Positions 26,388 through 35,257 of a stretch of DNA of 36,377 bases are shown here, piece after piece. The stretch lies in assembly GCA_964365535.1 (NCBI GenBank), contig CAYIQG010000002.1:1-36377 (forward strand), given 5' to 3'. Made by a program: the position numbers and the translations under genes. Source of the stretch: an uncultured Candidatus Saccharibacteria bacterium (lineage in GTDB: Bacteria; Patescibacteriota; Minisyncoccia; Phycocordibacterales; PALSA-1337). Within the stretch, counting starts at the first letter, position 1. Every line of letters begins with the position of its first letter. The notes beneath the pieces are model-generated. The model worked only from the letters and a program-made list of their open reading frames with translations, had not been told where the DNA came from and ran no database searches.

Positions 26388-27605
26388 ATGAATTCACAAA
26401 TCAAAAGCACTTATTATCTAATCGGCGTTATTATTGTTGTTATCGCGTTTATGGCCGGACTTTCCATAGGGGAGGGGAGATCTCCTGCATCGCTGGCGAG
26501 CGCCAAACTAACAGACCTAAAAGAGGTGAGTTCCGACCAATTTTCTCCTTTTTGGAAGGCATGGCAAGTCTTGAATGATAAATCTGTTTTCGCGGCTAGT
26601 ACGACTGCTCAAGAAAAAATTTATGGCGCGATAAGCGGCTTAGCTTCTTCGTACAAAGACCCTTATACGGTATTTTTCCCGCCTGTTGAGTCAAAAATGT
26701 TCCAAGACGATATTTCCGGTGATTTCGAAGGAGTTGGCATGGAAATCGGGATAAAAAATAAACAACTTCAAGTTGTATCACCCGTCAAAGACAGTCCCGC
26801 GTATAAAGCCGGCGTCAAATCGGGAGATTTTATCTTGAAAATAGGGGATAAGGATACAGTCGATATGCCCACAGACCAGGCCGTGAAGCTTATTCGAGGA
26901 CCGAAAGGCAGTGTTGTGAAGATTACTTTCTTCACTCCCGGCGGCGCGAACGCGAAACCCGTGGAAAAATCCATTACGCGCGATATAATAAATATTCCAA
27001 CAATAGAAATGAGTGAAAAGCCCGGCGATATATATCTTATTCGTCTTTTTAGCTTTACCGCGACTTCACCGGATTTATTCCGTAATGCTCTTCGTCAATT
27101 CGTCTTATCCGGCGATCGTAAATTAATTCTTGATTTACGAGGCAATCCCGGTGGCTATCTAGATGCCGCTTGGGATATGGCTTCATGGTTCTTGCCGTCT
27201 GGCGCCGTCGTTGTTACGGAAGATTTCGGCAAAAATGGCTCTCCAAAAATCTATTACAGTAAAGGATACGATATTTTCACCAAGAATTTGAAAATGCTAA
27301 TACTTGTCGATAACGGTTCCGCTTCAGCTTCGGAAATTCTAGCCGGAGCATTGAAAGAGAATGGTGTCGCGAAACTTGTCGGCATGAAAACATTTGGTAA
27401 AGGTTCAGTACAAGAATTGGTACAGCTTACTTCGGATACTTCCTTGAAAGTAACTATCGCCAGATGGCTCACCCCGAAAGGCACGAATTTGTCCGAAAAT
27501 GGCATTGTTCCCGATTATCCGGTAGAGTTGACGGATAAGAACACGGCAAATGGCAAAGACCCGATAATGGAGAAAGCGATGGAGTTATTATCAGTACAAC
27601 AGTGA
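26388..27605 (+). CDS. ctpA: Carboxy-terminal processing protease (S41)
   Basis: N-terminal anchor, PDZ (GVKSGDFILKIGD), LDLRGNPGGYL, SASASEILAGALK. ATG at 26388 (the track TTG is at 26382). Confidence 0.9.
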   Translation: MNSQIKSTYYLIGVIIVVIAFMAGLSIGEGRSPASLASAKLTDLKEVSSDQFSPFWKAWQVLNDKSVFAASTTAQEKIYGAISGLASSYKDPYTVFFPPVESKMFQDDISGDFEGVGMEIGIKNKQLQVVSPVKDSPAYKAGVKSGDFILKIGDKDTVDMPTDQAVKLIRGPKGSVVKITFFTPGGANAKPVEKSITRDIINIPTIEMSEKPGDIYLIRLFSFTATSPDLFRNALRQFVLSGDRKLILDLRGNPGGYLDAAWDMASWFLPSGAVVVTEDFGKNGSPKIYYSKGYDIFTKNLKMLILVDNGSASASEILAGALKENGVAKLVGMKTFGKGSVQELVQLTSDTSLKVTIARWLTPKGTNLSENGIVPDYPVELTDKNTANGKDPIMEKAMELLSVQQ

Positions 27606-27608
27606 TAT

Positions 27609-27634
27609 GTCATTCCCGCGAAAGCGGGAATCTA
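27609..27634. repeat. Palindromic REP-like element, copy 3 (GTCATTCCCGCGAAAGCGGGAATCTA)
   Basis: Starts 4 nt after the ctpA stop. Identical over 26 nt to copy 2. Confidence 0.85.
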
Positions 27635-27653
27635 GGGTATTACAAACAAAAAC

Positions 27654-28100
27654 ATGAAAATCATTTTACTCAAAGATGTCGCGAAACTAGGCAGGAAGTT
27701 CGATGTCAAAGATGTTAGTTCCGGTCATGCTACCAATCTGCTGATTCCTAATGGTTTGGCAATTCCCGCCACAAAGGACGCGTTGAAGCGTTTTGAACTG
27801 GAAAGAGCCAAGGCTGAAGGGGAGAGGAAAGTTCAAGATGAACTTCTTATGAATAATATTAAGAGTCTTGATGGTATCACTTTGAATATTTCTGGTAAAG
27901 CGAATGAAAAAGGTCATCTATTTGCAGGAGTTCACAAGGAAGGAATTGCCAAGGAATTGGATGCACAATTACATCTTTCTGTTGACCCAGCATCTATTAT
28001 ATTAGAACATCCCATTAAAGAAGTTGGCGAACATACTATTGAAGTGAAAGTAGAAGGGAGGTCGGCGAAGTTTAAAGTCGTCATCACAGCGATTAAATAG
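27654..28100 (+). CDS. rplI: 50S ribosomal protein L9
   Basis: MKIILLKDVAKLGRKFDVKDVSSGHATNLLIP is a classic L9 N-terminus. 148 aa. Confidence 0.93.
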   Translation: MKIILLKDVAKLGRKFDVKDVSSGHATNLLIPNGLAIPATKDALKRFELERAKAEGERKVQDELLMNNIKSLDGITLNISGKANEKGHLFAGVHKEGIAKELDAQLHLSVDPASIILEHPIKEVGEHTIEVKVEGRSAKFKVVITAIK

Positions 28101-28131
28101 AATAGTTTTTCAGAAGATTACAGACACTAAC

Positions 28132-28158
28132 AAAAAGAGGGAAGTTACTCCTCTTTTT
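28132..28158. terminator. Bidirectional terminator-like hairpin between convergent rplI and rpmA
   Basis: AAAAAGAGG...CCTCTTTTT has an A-run before and a T-run after. The stem is short. Confidence 0.45.
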
Positions 28159-28159
28159 A

Positions 28160-28432
28160 TTATAACACATGTGCTATTTTTTTTCGTAAAATATCATTAT
28201 TGAAACCGGTCTTTCTTTTTGTTCCGAATTTGACGATGCCATTTCTAAGAGCAAAAAGGGTATAGTCTTTGCCCATTCCGACATTCTGGCCTGGCAAAAC
28301 CTCCGTGCCGCGCTGGCGAACAATGATATTACCGGTCAAAATACGCTGGCCATGATTAATCTTCACCCCCAAATATTTGGGATTTGAATCGCGACCATTT
28401 TTCGTTGAGCCTGCCGCTTTCTTATGTGCCAT
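28160..28432 (-). CDS. rpmA: 50S ribosomal protein L27
   Basis: [24 protein letters not shown]...IIVRQRGT. Confidence 0.97.
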   Translation of the reverse strand: MAHKKAAGSTKNGRDSNPKYLGVKINHGQRILTGNIIVRQRGTEVLPGQNVGMGKDYTLFALRNGIVKFGTKRKTGFNNDILRKKIAHVL

Positions 28433-28517
28433 ATAGTTAAATTAAAATGTAAAAATAAAAAAGTAAAAAGGGGAACATAAAATAGCTTAACATAGAGCAC
28501 TTTTTAATGCAATAGCT

Positions 28518-28577
28518 AAAATATGGCTCAGAATAAGGGTTTTTTACACCTACAATATGGCTCTGTAGAGCCATATT
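28518..28577. promoter_or_regulatory. Three copies of the half-site AATATGGCTC, two of them forming a perfect 10-bp palindrome
   Basis: AAAATATGGCTC (28518-29). AATATGGCTC-TGTA-GAGCCATATT (28554-77). A related palindrome occurs at 35329-35358. Confidence 0.4.
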
Positions 28578-28592
28578 ACGCCCATGGGAGTG

Positions 28593-28621
28593 TTGACTTA
28601 TCTTGACAGGGATGCTAGACT
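28593..28621 (+). promoter_or_regulatory. Promoter TTGACT-N17-TAGACT
   Basis: TTGACT at 28593-98 and TAGACT at 28616-21. The first ATG downstream of the predicted TSS is at 28632. Confidence 0.45.
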
Positions 28622-28631
28622 GGTCATACAA

Positions 28632-29150
28632 ATGAGCCAAAGTGAGCACCATGCTTACCAAGCTCGTTTTTTAATTATGATTGAATTTACAACTGGCGTC
28701 GCGTTCCTCATGTCGTCTCTATATGGTGCCGGACAAGCTGATAGCCATGTTGCGAATATCGCGGCTGTGGCACAGTCCGGAAGATCAGAACAGGCGATCA
28801 CGAGTCAAGTTATCGGTGTTCGTCCCTTGAAAAACGAGAAAGATATCGAAGCATATATGCGCAAGCAGTACGCAAACGAGCCAATACTCGTCAATATCGC
28901 TTGGTGCGAGTCTAGATTCCATCAATTCAACGGAGATGGTACTGTTGTTCGCGGTGAGAAAAACAAAGCTGATATTGGCATCATGCAGATCAATGAAAAA
29001 TATCACTCTGATGCGGCTGACAAGCTGAATCTAGACATATACACGGCGGAAGGTAATATTATCTTTGCAAAATATCTCTATGGTAAGTACGGCACTAAGC
29101 CATGGTCAGCTTCGTCAAAATGTTGGTCGCAAGAGTTGGCGAAGAAGTAA
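28632..29150 (+). CDS. Secreted or anchored lytic-transglycosylase-like (SLT/Rpf-type lysozyme fold) protein
   Basis: IAWCESRFHQF...ADIGIMQINEKYH...AEGNIIFAKYLY resembles the catalytic Glu-Ser and GxMQI motifs. A hydrophobic N-terminal segment is present. The start is ambiguous (28584, 28632 or 28677). Confidence 0.65.
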   Translation: MSQSEHHAYQARFLIMIEFTTGVAFLMSSLYGAGQADSHVANIAAVAQSGRSEQAITSQVIGVRPLKNEKDIEAYMRKQYANEPILVNIAWCESRFHQFNGDGTVVRGEKNKADIGIMQINEKYHSDAADKLNLDIYTAEGNIIFAKYLYGKYGTKPWSASSKCWSQELAKK

Positions 29151-29195
29151 AGAAGCGGTTGGTTGCAAGAAAATTATAAGTGTCTAATAACAGGG

Positions 29196-29218
29196 GACCC
29201 CGTAAAACGGGGTCTTTT
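29196..29218 (+). terminator. Intrinsic terminator GACCCCG-TAAAA-CGGGGTC-TTTT
   Basis: 7-bp G/C-rich stem followed by a T-run, 45 nt after the stop codon. Confidence 0.75.
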
Positions 29219-29335
29219 GTTTATTATAAGTCCTGATATTTTCAACACTCTTTGTTTGATATACCATGTCGCACAATATATCTTTTTGCATTAAGACCCC
29301 CCCTATGCATTTATTACGAATATATTTTACGCTTA

Positions 29336-29575
29336 TTATTTCGGCAGTAACTTCACGATAAGGTCGTAGACATAAGTTATAGGTACTTTGAGATAGGTAT
29401 TCCAGACATTCAGAGCTAATTCTTTTGCGAATGCCAAATTATCTTGAACTACCGGTGAATTGACGATATTACGCAGATTGAACCCGAAGTAACCAAGGAC
29501 GATGAGTAAAGCGACAATGGTGAGTATTGTCGTGATTACCCCTCCCCTGTTAAAAATCGTTTTCTTGAATGTCAT
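29336..29575 (-). CDS. Hypothetical small membrane protein
   Basis: 79 aa, one TM helix (GGVITTILTIVALLIVLGYFGF). It has its own promoter. Confidence 0.5.
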   Translation of the reverse strand: MTFKKTIFNRGGVITTILTIVALLIVLGYFGFNLRNIVNSPVVQDNLAFAKELALNVWNTYLKVPITYVYDLIVKLLPK

Positions 29576-29581
29576 ATTTCA

Positions 29582-29610
29582 ATTATAACTTACGCTAGAA
29601 TGTTCTACAA
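29582..29610 (-). promoter_or_regulatory. Promoter TTGTAG-N17-TATAAT, -10 element 6 nt from the ATG at 29575
   Basis: Minus-strand reading: TTGTAG (29610-05), 17-nt spacer, TATAAT (29587-82), TGAAAT, ATG. Confidence 0.5.
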
Positions 29611-30903
29611 ATACGATAGGGGGTTAAGATATGCCTTGAAATCCGCGACGGGGATAATCGCGCCAGTGCAATGAGATGATTGTGATAAAGCCAATTTTCT
29701 TATTTCGACGCCTTGTGTGGCATAAACTCCATAATGCAAATGTGGGCCGGTGGTATAACCAGTATTACCGCTATAGCCGATTATTTGCCCAGTCGTCACA
29801 CTTTGACCGATTGATACGGATTGAAGAGATAAATGCGCGTATAGGGTTGATAGGCCGTTTTGATGTTTTACCATGATCCATTTGCCGTATGAATAGCATC
29901 CGGGAATAGCATCCGTGTTACTCATGCCAACAACGGTTCCAGAAAGAGATACTTTTATCGGCGTGCCGATAGATGCTCTAAGGTCGATACCGTTATGTCC
30001 TTTACCTCCATATATTTGAGCATTGGCGGTTGCGAATGGCGTGTTACCGAAATATTGGGTGATAAATACCTTATCTAATGGCCAAGATAGAACACCTGAG
30101 CCGGTACGAGGAAGCTTTGATGTGTCAATAGAAAGCTTTAACTGCGATTCATATTCCAGCACTTCCCTCTCGAAAGCGTCTTTTTGGGCTTTTTTATCAG
30201 CGAGAATTTGTTTGTACTTTATTTCGCTTTGTTTTGTATCTTTCAATAACTGATTCTTTTCACCTTGAGTGTTCAACACCACCTGCCTCTGGTCTTTCAA
30301 TTGATTATTGAGTTTAACGAGATCGGCTTTGGCTTTTTCCGTGGCGGTTTTGTTTGTTTCAAGGTTTGCTTTGGTCTGACGCAAATCATTGATGCGATTG
30401 ATAAGATTGCCTTGGACTTTTCCGAGCTCATCTAGAGCATTCCACGCGGTGGAAATCGAATTGCTTGATAATAATATTTCCGGAATTGATTGCTCGTTCG
30501 TTTGTTCCATCAATACCAATGAATATGAGATTATTCTATTGTCATCTACTATCGTTTCTTCTTTTCCTTGAATTTGTTTGCCTAATTCTTGAATCTCCAG
30601 ATTCTTATTAGCTATTCTATTTTCTGTAACTTGGATATCCGCTTGCAATTTCTTCTGCGTAAGGTCCAAAGTCTTTATAGTCGCGGATAATGAATTAGCT
30701 TGAATTCCAAGGTCATTGATTTGCGTCTGAAATCCCGCTATTTCTTTTTCCAATGCTTGAATATCGGTATTGCGCGCGTTAATCTTTGCTTGAATGTCAG
30801 AGGTTGTATCAGCATATGAAATAGCCGATATTACAATGATAGCAATAATCCAAATGGCCAATTGAATCTGCTTGCATTTTAGCGTTTGTTTAATAGGACG
30901 CAT
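29605..30903 (-). CDS. M23 family peptidoglycan metalloendopeptidase with a long N-terminal coiled coil (EnvC-like architecture)
   Basis: Signal/anchor, about 250 aa of heptad-rich sequence, then HNGIDL and GYSGNTGYTTGPHLHYGVY (LytM/M23 motifs). Confidence 0.88.
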   Translation of the reverse strand: MRPIKQTLKCKQIQLAIWIIAIIVISAISYADTTSDIQAKINARNTDIQALEKEIAGFQTQINDLGIQANSLSATIKTLDLTQKKLQADIQVTENRIANKNLEIQELGKQIQGKEETIVDDNRIISYSLVLMEQTNEQSIPEILLSSNSISTAWNALDELGKVQGNLINRINDLRQTKANLETNKTATEKAKADLVKLNNQLKDQRQVVLNTQGEKNQLLKDTKQSEIKYKQILADKKAQKDAFEREVLEYESQLKLSIDTSKLPRTGSGVLSWPLDKVFITQYFGNTPFATANAQIYGGKGHNGIDLRASIGTPIKVSLSGTVVGMSNTDAIPGCYSYGKWIMVKHQNGLSTLYAHLSLQSVSIGQSVTTGQIIGYSGNTGYTTGPHLHYGVYATQGVEIRKLALSQSSHCTGAIIPVADFKAYLNPLSYL

Positions 30904-32231
30904 GCTTTTTCTATACGCGTTAGAGATTCCGCCTTTTCAAGAATAAACGCCGAAGTAAACGGGTCCGGAGATTTTTCTTGACCTGTTAGCGCCACTCGAA
31001 GCGGCCAGAGAACATCACCCCTTCCCTTCTCTTCGGCATATTTCCATAGAGTGTCTTTTATTGTGTCCGCGGTGAATTGATCGTCCGGAATAGTTTCCAA
31101 GAGTTCGCGCGATTTCAACAAATATGTTCTGGTTAAAACCGTGTCTGGTTGATTCTTCCATAACAAAAGCTTCGAATCATAAGCCGGCAATTCCTTGACA
31201 AAGAATAGTTCATTGCCTTTTTCAAATACTTGAGTTAAGTCAGACAATTTATGGGTTTTGTCGCGAAGTATTGATAACATTCGCTTGAATGTATCGCTTT
31301 TACTTCCTAACCATTTGGGCAAAAAAGGAGATGCTTTCTCAATAAAATCAGTATCGCTCAATTTCAGCAAATATTGGCGGTTGAACCAGAGGAGTTTCTC
31401 GGGATTAAAGATTGCTCCGGCTTTTTGAATTTTTTCCAGACTAAACTTCTCTATCATTTCATCCATGCTGATTATTTCCTGGTCACCTCCGGGATTCCAT
31501 CCCAGTAAAGCCAAGAAATTCAGTAAAGCATCGGGTAAATAACCGTTCTTTTGGTAATACTCGACTGAGACTATTTCGCCGTGTTTCCTCTTCGACATTT
31601 TTTCCCTATTCTCGGTAAGTATTAAGGGAATATGGCCATATGCAGGTCTCTCGACTTCACCTATCGCTTCCCAAATCATAATCTGGCGCGGAGTATTAGA
31701 TAAATGCTCCTCACCTCTTATAATATGGGTAATTCCGGAGATTATGTCATCAACAACATTAGAAAAGTGGAAAATCGGCTCATCTAAGCTTTTTGCTATG
31801 ATAAAATCGCCCAGTTCCGCCGTATTAAACTTAACCTCGCCCTTAATAAGGTCGGCAATGATAATATCCTTATTTTCATTTCTGAATCTGATAACCTCGC
31901 TCCTCTGCCCGGCTTCTTTAATTTCTTCTTTGGAGACATAGGCTTTGCCGGATGAAATCAATTTCTCAAGATATTTTCGGTGAATGGGGAAATTATCCGA
32001 TTGTTTACGCACGCTATCGAATTTTAATCCCAACCAATCAAATGCCTGGATAATACCTTCGATATATTCATCTTTATTTCTCTCTTGGTCGGTGTCTTCA
32101 ATTCTAAGTAAAATCTTTCCCGCGTTTTGTTTGGCAAAAACATAATTGAACAAAGCCGTTCTTACTCCCCCGACATGGAGATAACCGGTCGGCGAGGGCG
32201 CGAATCTGGTAATAACTTTGTTACTCATCAT
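30879..32231 (-). CDS. gltX: Glutamyl-tRNA synthetase
   Basis: RFAPSPTGYLHVGGVRTAL (HIGH-type) and KMSKRK. ATGs lie at 32231 and 32228 (the track TTG is at 32255). The 3' end overlaps the M23 gene start by 25 nt. Confidence 0.93.
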   Translation of the reverse strand: MMSNKVITRFAPSPTGYLHVGGVRTALFNYVFAKQNAGKILLRIEDTDQERNKDEYIEGIIQAFDWLGLKFDSVRKQSDNFPIHRKYLEKLISSGKAYVSKEEIKEAGQRSEVIRFRNENKDIIIADLIKGEVKFNTAELGDFIIAKSLDEPIFHFSNVVDDIISGITHIIRGEEHLSNTPRQIMIWEAIGEVERPAYGHIPLILTENREKMSKRKHGEIVSVEYYQKNGYLPDALLNFLALLGWNPGGDQEIISMDEMIEKFSLEKIQKAGAIFNPEKLLWFNRQYLLKLSDTDFIEKASPFLPKWLGSKSDTFKRMLSILRDKTHKLSDLTQVFEKGNELFFVKELPAYDSKLLLWKNQPDTVLTRTYLLKSRELLETIPDDQFTADTIKDTLWKYAEEKGRGDVLWPLRVALTGQEKSPDPFTSAFILEKAESLTRIEKACVLLNKR

Positions 32232-32234
32232 TTG

Positions 32235-32243
32235 ATTATACCA
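32235..32243 (-). promoter_or_regulatory. Extended -10 TGGTATAAT directly upstream of gltX
   Basis: Minus-strand reading: TGGTATAAT-CAA-ATG-ATG. The spacing is 3 nt to the first ATG and 6 nt to the second. Confidence 0.45.
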
Positions 32244-32246
32244 AAA

Positions 32247-32383
32247 CGGAAACAATTCCGCTTACTTCGCCGACCACTTCCCTCCGAGACGAATCGCCCC
32301 GCGCCGCTAAGTCTCGTCGGGAAGTGTCGGTTTCGTTGCGGAATTGTTTCCGACGAAGAAAGCCGGCGATTGAACCGGCTTTC
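32247..32383 (-). other. GC-rich nested hairpin (15-bp outer stem) plus a second 9-bp hairpin between the hypothetical gene and gltX
   Basis: CGGAAACAATTCCGC (32247-61) pairs with GCGGAATTGTTTCCG (32338-52). An inner imperfect stem pairs 32271-90 with 32311-30. A separate hairpin GAAAGCCGG/CCGGCTTTC lies at 32358-83. The local GC content is clearly above that of the flanks. Confidence 0.6.
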
Positions 32384-32411
32384 CCATTCAAGTAAAAAAT
32401 ACTTGAAACAA

Positions 32412-32909
32412 TTAACCCTTTATCTCGGCATTCGCCGTGGCGCTGGCACGGAAGGGACGCATTATGACATTACCATTCGCGTCTTTTAGAGGTGAATCTT
32501 TCGTAATATCGAATTCACCGTCGCCATCATCGGAATACATGACGGCGTAATAGGCTCCGCCATCTATCGTCGGCTGATTCAAAGTTACTTTGACTGGATT
32601 TGTGCCGACTATGACATTGGCAGAACCAATAACCACGCCCGGCTGACCCGCATTGTCTTTTTGGATAGCGACCCAGCCGGTATTCGCGGCTTGAACCGAT
32701 GAAATGTAAACAACATTACCCGGGAATTGATTTGACATAATAATGTTATTTGCTGTCTGCGTCGCAGGAGTAGTTGTTTCCTCGCCTGTTACCGGTGCTT
32801 CGGCTTTCTTATTGCCAAAGACGAAAATACCGATAATAATAAGGACAATAATGACTATAACAGTGACTATCCACTGCCAAGTCTTCACGCCGCTTTGTTC
32901 TGGTTGCAT
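32412..32909 (-). CDS. Hypothetical membrane-anchored extracytoplasmic protein (beta-rich domain)
   Basis: N-terminal TM helix WQWIVTVIVIIVLIIIGIFVF, a Thr-rich linker, then a roughly 100-aa beta-rich domain (GWVAIQKDNAGQPGVVIG...YYAVMYSDDGDGEFD). I cannot assign a function. Confidence 0.6.
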   Translation of the reverse strand: MQPEQSGVKTWQWIVTVIVIIVLIIIGIFVFGNKKAEAPVTGEETTTPATQTANNIIMSNQFPGNVVYISSVQAANTGWVAIQKDNAGQPGVVIGSANVIVGTNPVKVTLNQPTIDGGAYYAVMYSDDGDGEFDITKDSPLKDANGNVIMRPFRASATANAEIKG

Positions 32910-32999
32910 AGTATTAATAATAATTAATGTTTATAATTCGACTTATTTGGTTTTGATATTATAGCATACTATTTACTTGTCAAATGCGTATATTAAAAC

Positions 33000-34133
33000 C
33001 TATTTTTCGTGTTGGAGCGCGATATCCAAAATAGCATTAGCGATAATATCGGCGCTATCCGTTCTTGAAAACGCCCTTGCTCTCTCCTTCATAGTTTGAG
33101 TAATTGTCACGGAGTCATATATATGATTTATTTCTTCCATTAGAATATGCGCGCTCAAGTTGTTTTCCTCGATAATCGCCGCCGCGCCGGTTTTCGAATA
33201 CGCGTAAGCGTTCATGACCTGGTCGTGACTTATAGAGCTTGGCAAAGGAATAATGATTGATGGCACTCCCCAACCGGCGATTTCGAATATCGTTGAACCG
33301 GCCCGAGAGACTATGACATTGGCGACCCCGGCGGACATTCGCAAGGCAAGCTCATTCAAATAATCGAATGGATGATAGCGACTAGCATTGGGATGTCCTT
33401 TCAAACTAATGGAAATTGTCTGTTTTATATCTTCGATATTCGCTTTTCCGGTTTGGTGAATTACTTGGTATTTATTCAAAAGCTCCGGTAACGCCTCCAG
33501 AATAGCGTTATTGATGAGCGCCGCGCCTTGTGAACCGCCAAGAATCAGAATAACCGGAGTATTTTGTTCCAATCGCAGAAACTCTCGCGCGCCATTCGAT
33601 AATGGCTGCGCTATTTCTTTCCGGATAGGATTTCCCGTGTAGGCGATTTTATTTTTATCTGTGTTGAAATACCGCGCGGCGTCAGGATATGATAATGCTA
33701 TTTTACGCGCGAATTTTCCGGCCCAGGAATTGACTCTCCCGGGCTTACTATCGGATTCATGGATAATCACGGGGATTTTCAAAAGTCTCGCGGCTAATAA
33801 TGGCGGAAAACTTCCATATCCGCCTTTGCTAAAAACAACATCCGGATACAGAGAATACATTTTAAACAATGCCGTAACGCAGCCATAAATAGTCTTGAAC
33901 AAGTCGGTGATATTCAATAGAGAAAAATACCGGCGCAACTTTCCCGCTGGAACGAATACGAATTCGATATCATTATCGAAAAGCGCGCGGGAATTGTATT
34001 TCGACGGCGCCATAAAATAATAAAGCGGCGGCAATATCTTCCTTTCTCTGGCCTTTTCTTGAATAGCTTGCGCGACGGCGATTATCGGATAAAAGTGGCC
34101 CCCAGTCTCGCCGCCCGTGAATAAGATTTTCAT
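33000..34133 (-). CDS. murG: Undecaprenyldiphospho-muramoylpentapeptide beta-N-acetylglucosaminyltransferase
   Basis: KILFTGGETGGHFYP N-terminal G-loop, GGSQGA, SRAGSTIFE. Sits next to a SEDS gene. Confidence 0.92.
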   Translation of the reverse strand: MKILFTGGETGGHFYPIIAVAQAIQEKARERKILPPLYYFMAPSKYNSRALFDNDIEFVFVPAGKLRRYFSLLNITDLFKTIYGCVTALFKMYSLYPDVVFSKGGYGSFPPLLAARLLKIPVIIHESDSKPGRVNSWAGKFARKIALSYPDAARYFNTDKNKIAYTGNPIRKEIAQPLSNGAREFLRLEQNTPVILILGGSQGAALINNAILEALPELLNKYQVIHQTGKANIEDIKQTISISLKGHPNASRYHPFDYLNELALRMSAGVANVIVSRAGSTIFEIAGWGVPSIIIPLPSSISHDQVMNAYAYSKTGAAAIIEENNLSAHILMEEINHIYDSVTITQTMKERARAFSRTDSADIIANAILDIALQHEK

Positions 34134-34150
34134 ATTACATATAATAACAC

Positions 34151-35251
34151 TTATTTCGCGTATTTAGAAATATTCGCGACTATTCCGGCGGCCGCGAGCG
34201 TAATAATAAGAGCGGTTCCGCCATGAGATACGAATAATAGCGGTACGCCAAAGAGCGGAACAAGACCCAGCATGGCCGCCATATTCAAGAATGATTCCGT
34301 GATAATAAGAATCGCGATGCCTATCGCCACGAAGCCTCCGAATGAATCCGGTGAACGAGCGCCGATCCTGAAGGAACTTATCACTAAAATTAAATAGAGA
34401 ATAATCAAGGCAACACTGCCGACAAATCCGAATTCTTCGGCTGATACGGCGAAAATGGAATCATCGGTTGGTTGCGGTAAATAGCCGAACTTTTGCACGC
34501 CTTGTCCGAAACCGCGGCCGGTCAGTTGTCCAGACCCGATTGCTATCAATGATTGATTTATTTGATATCCCGCCCCTTGCGCGTCACTCCCGCCGTTAAT
34601 AAAGGTCATAATGCGTTCTTTGGCATATGGCCGCAGGATTACAACGCCGATAACTACGGTACACAATAATACTCCGACAAATAGTATGTGTTTTATGGGC
34701 ATTCCCGCTATAAAAAACATAATTAAACCGGTAAAAGCAATGATAACCAAAGTACTGGTATTAGATTGAGATAAAAGAAGAACACTCAAAATAGCTATTA
34801 GTATCACATAAGGTATGAAACCAGACTTAATGTTCCTTATTCTATCCTTAACATGATGTATCCATGCCGCCGCGTATATTATAAAAGCGATTTTCAGGAA
34901 TTCGGACGGTTGGAAGCTTAGAAAACCGACGCTGATCCAACGCGACGCGCCGCCATAAAAAAGTGAAATCTGGGGAATAAATAATAAAAGATTTAGCCCG
35001 ATCGCGAATAGGAAAATAAAGAAAGCGGTTTTGCGTAAGTAAGTATATTTGACTTTCGATAAGCCGAAAAATATTATAAGCCCGATAATCAAACTGGCGC
35101 TTTGTTTTAGCGCGACCGTCCCGAAATTTGCTCCATTTTGAGCCAATAATCCCAAAGAAGCCGACAAGAATATTACAAAACCGCATGTTGTTAACATGAT
35201 TACCGATACTAGAAATAGACGATTGATTTTACCTTTACCGGAGATGCCCAT
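34151..35251 (-). CDS. ftsW: SEDS-family peptidoglycan glycosyltransferase (FtsW/RodA)
   Basis: About 10 TM segments, QPSEFLK, DDSIFA, SHGGTAL motifs. Called ftsW only because it lies directly upstream of murG. Confidence 0.85.
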   Translation of the reverse strand: MGISGKGKINRLFLVSVIMLTTCGFVIFLSASLGLLAQNGANFGTVALKQSASLIIGLIIFFGLSKVKYTYLRKTAFFIFLFAIGLNLLLFIPQISLFYGGASRWISVGFLSFQPSEFLKIAFIIYAAAWIHHVKDRIRNIKSGFIPYVILIAILSVLLLSQSNTSTLVIIAFTGLIMFFIAGMPIKHILFVGVLLCTVVIGVVILRPYAKERIMTFINGGSDAQGAGYQINQSLIAIGSGQLTGRGFGQGVQKFGYLPQPTDDSIFAVSAEEFGFVGSVALIILYLILVISSFRIGARSPDSFGGFVAIGIAILIITESFLNMAAMLGLVPLFGVPLLFVSHGGTALIITLAAAGIVANISKYAK

Positions 35252-35257
35252 TTTGCT

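Noticed and set aside
28160-28432. rpmA (L27) without the usual upstream rplU (L21) partner
   Set aside because: It may simply reflect gene-order scrambling, with rplU elsewhere in the genome. This cannot be judged from one window.
32247-32352. T-box riboswitch controlling gltX
   Set aside because: The element is only about 105 nt and lacks a recognisable specifier loop and the conserved T-box sequence (GGGUGGUACCGCG; only a loose GGGAAGUGGUCGGCG is present). It also lies upstream of the apparent gltX -10 element rather than in the transcribed leader.
32127-32489. 120-aa + strand ORF spanning the gltX start, the GC-rich hairpins and the end of the next gene
   Set aside because: It overlaps two well-supported minus-strand genes, and its middle is just the translated palindrome. 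An RNA or DNA structure explains it better.
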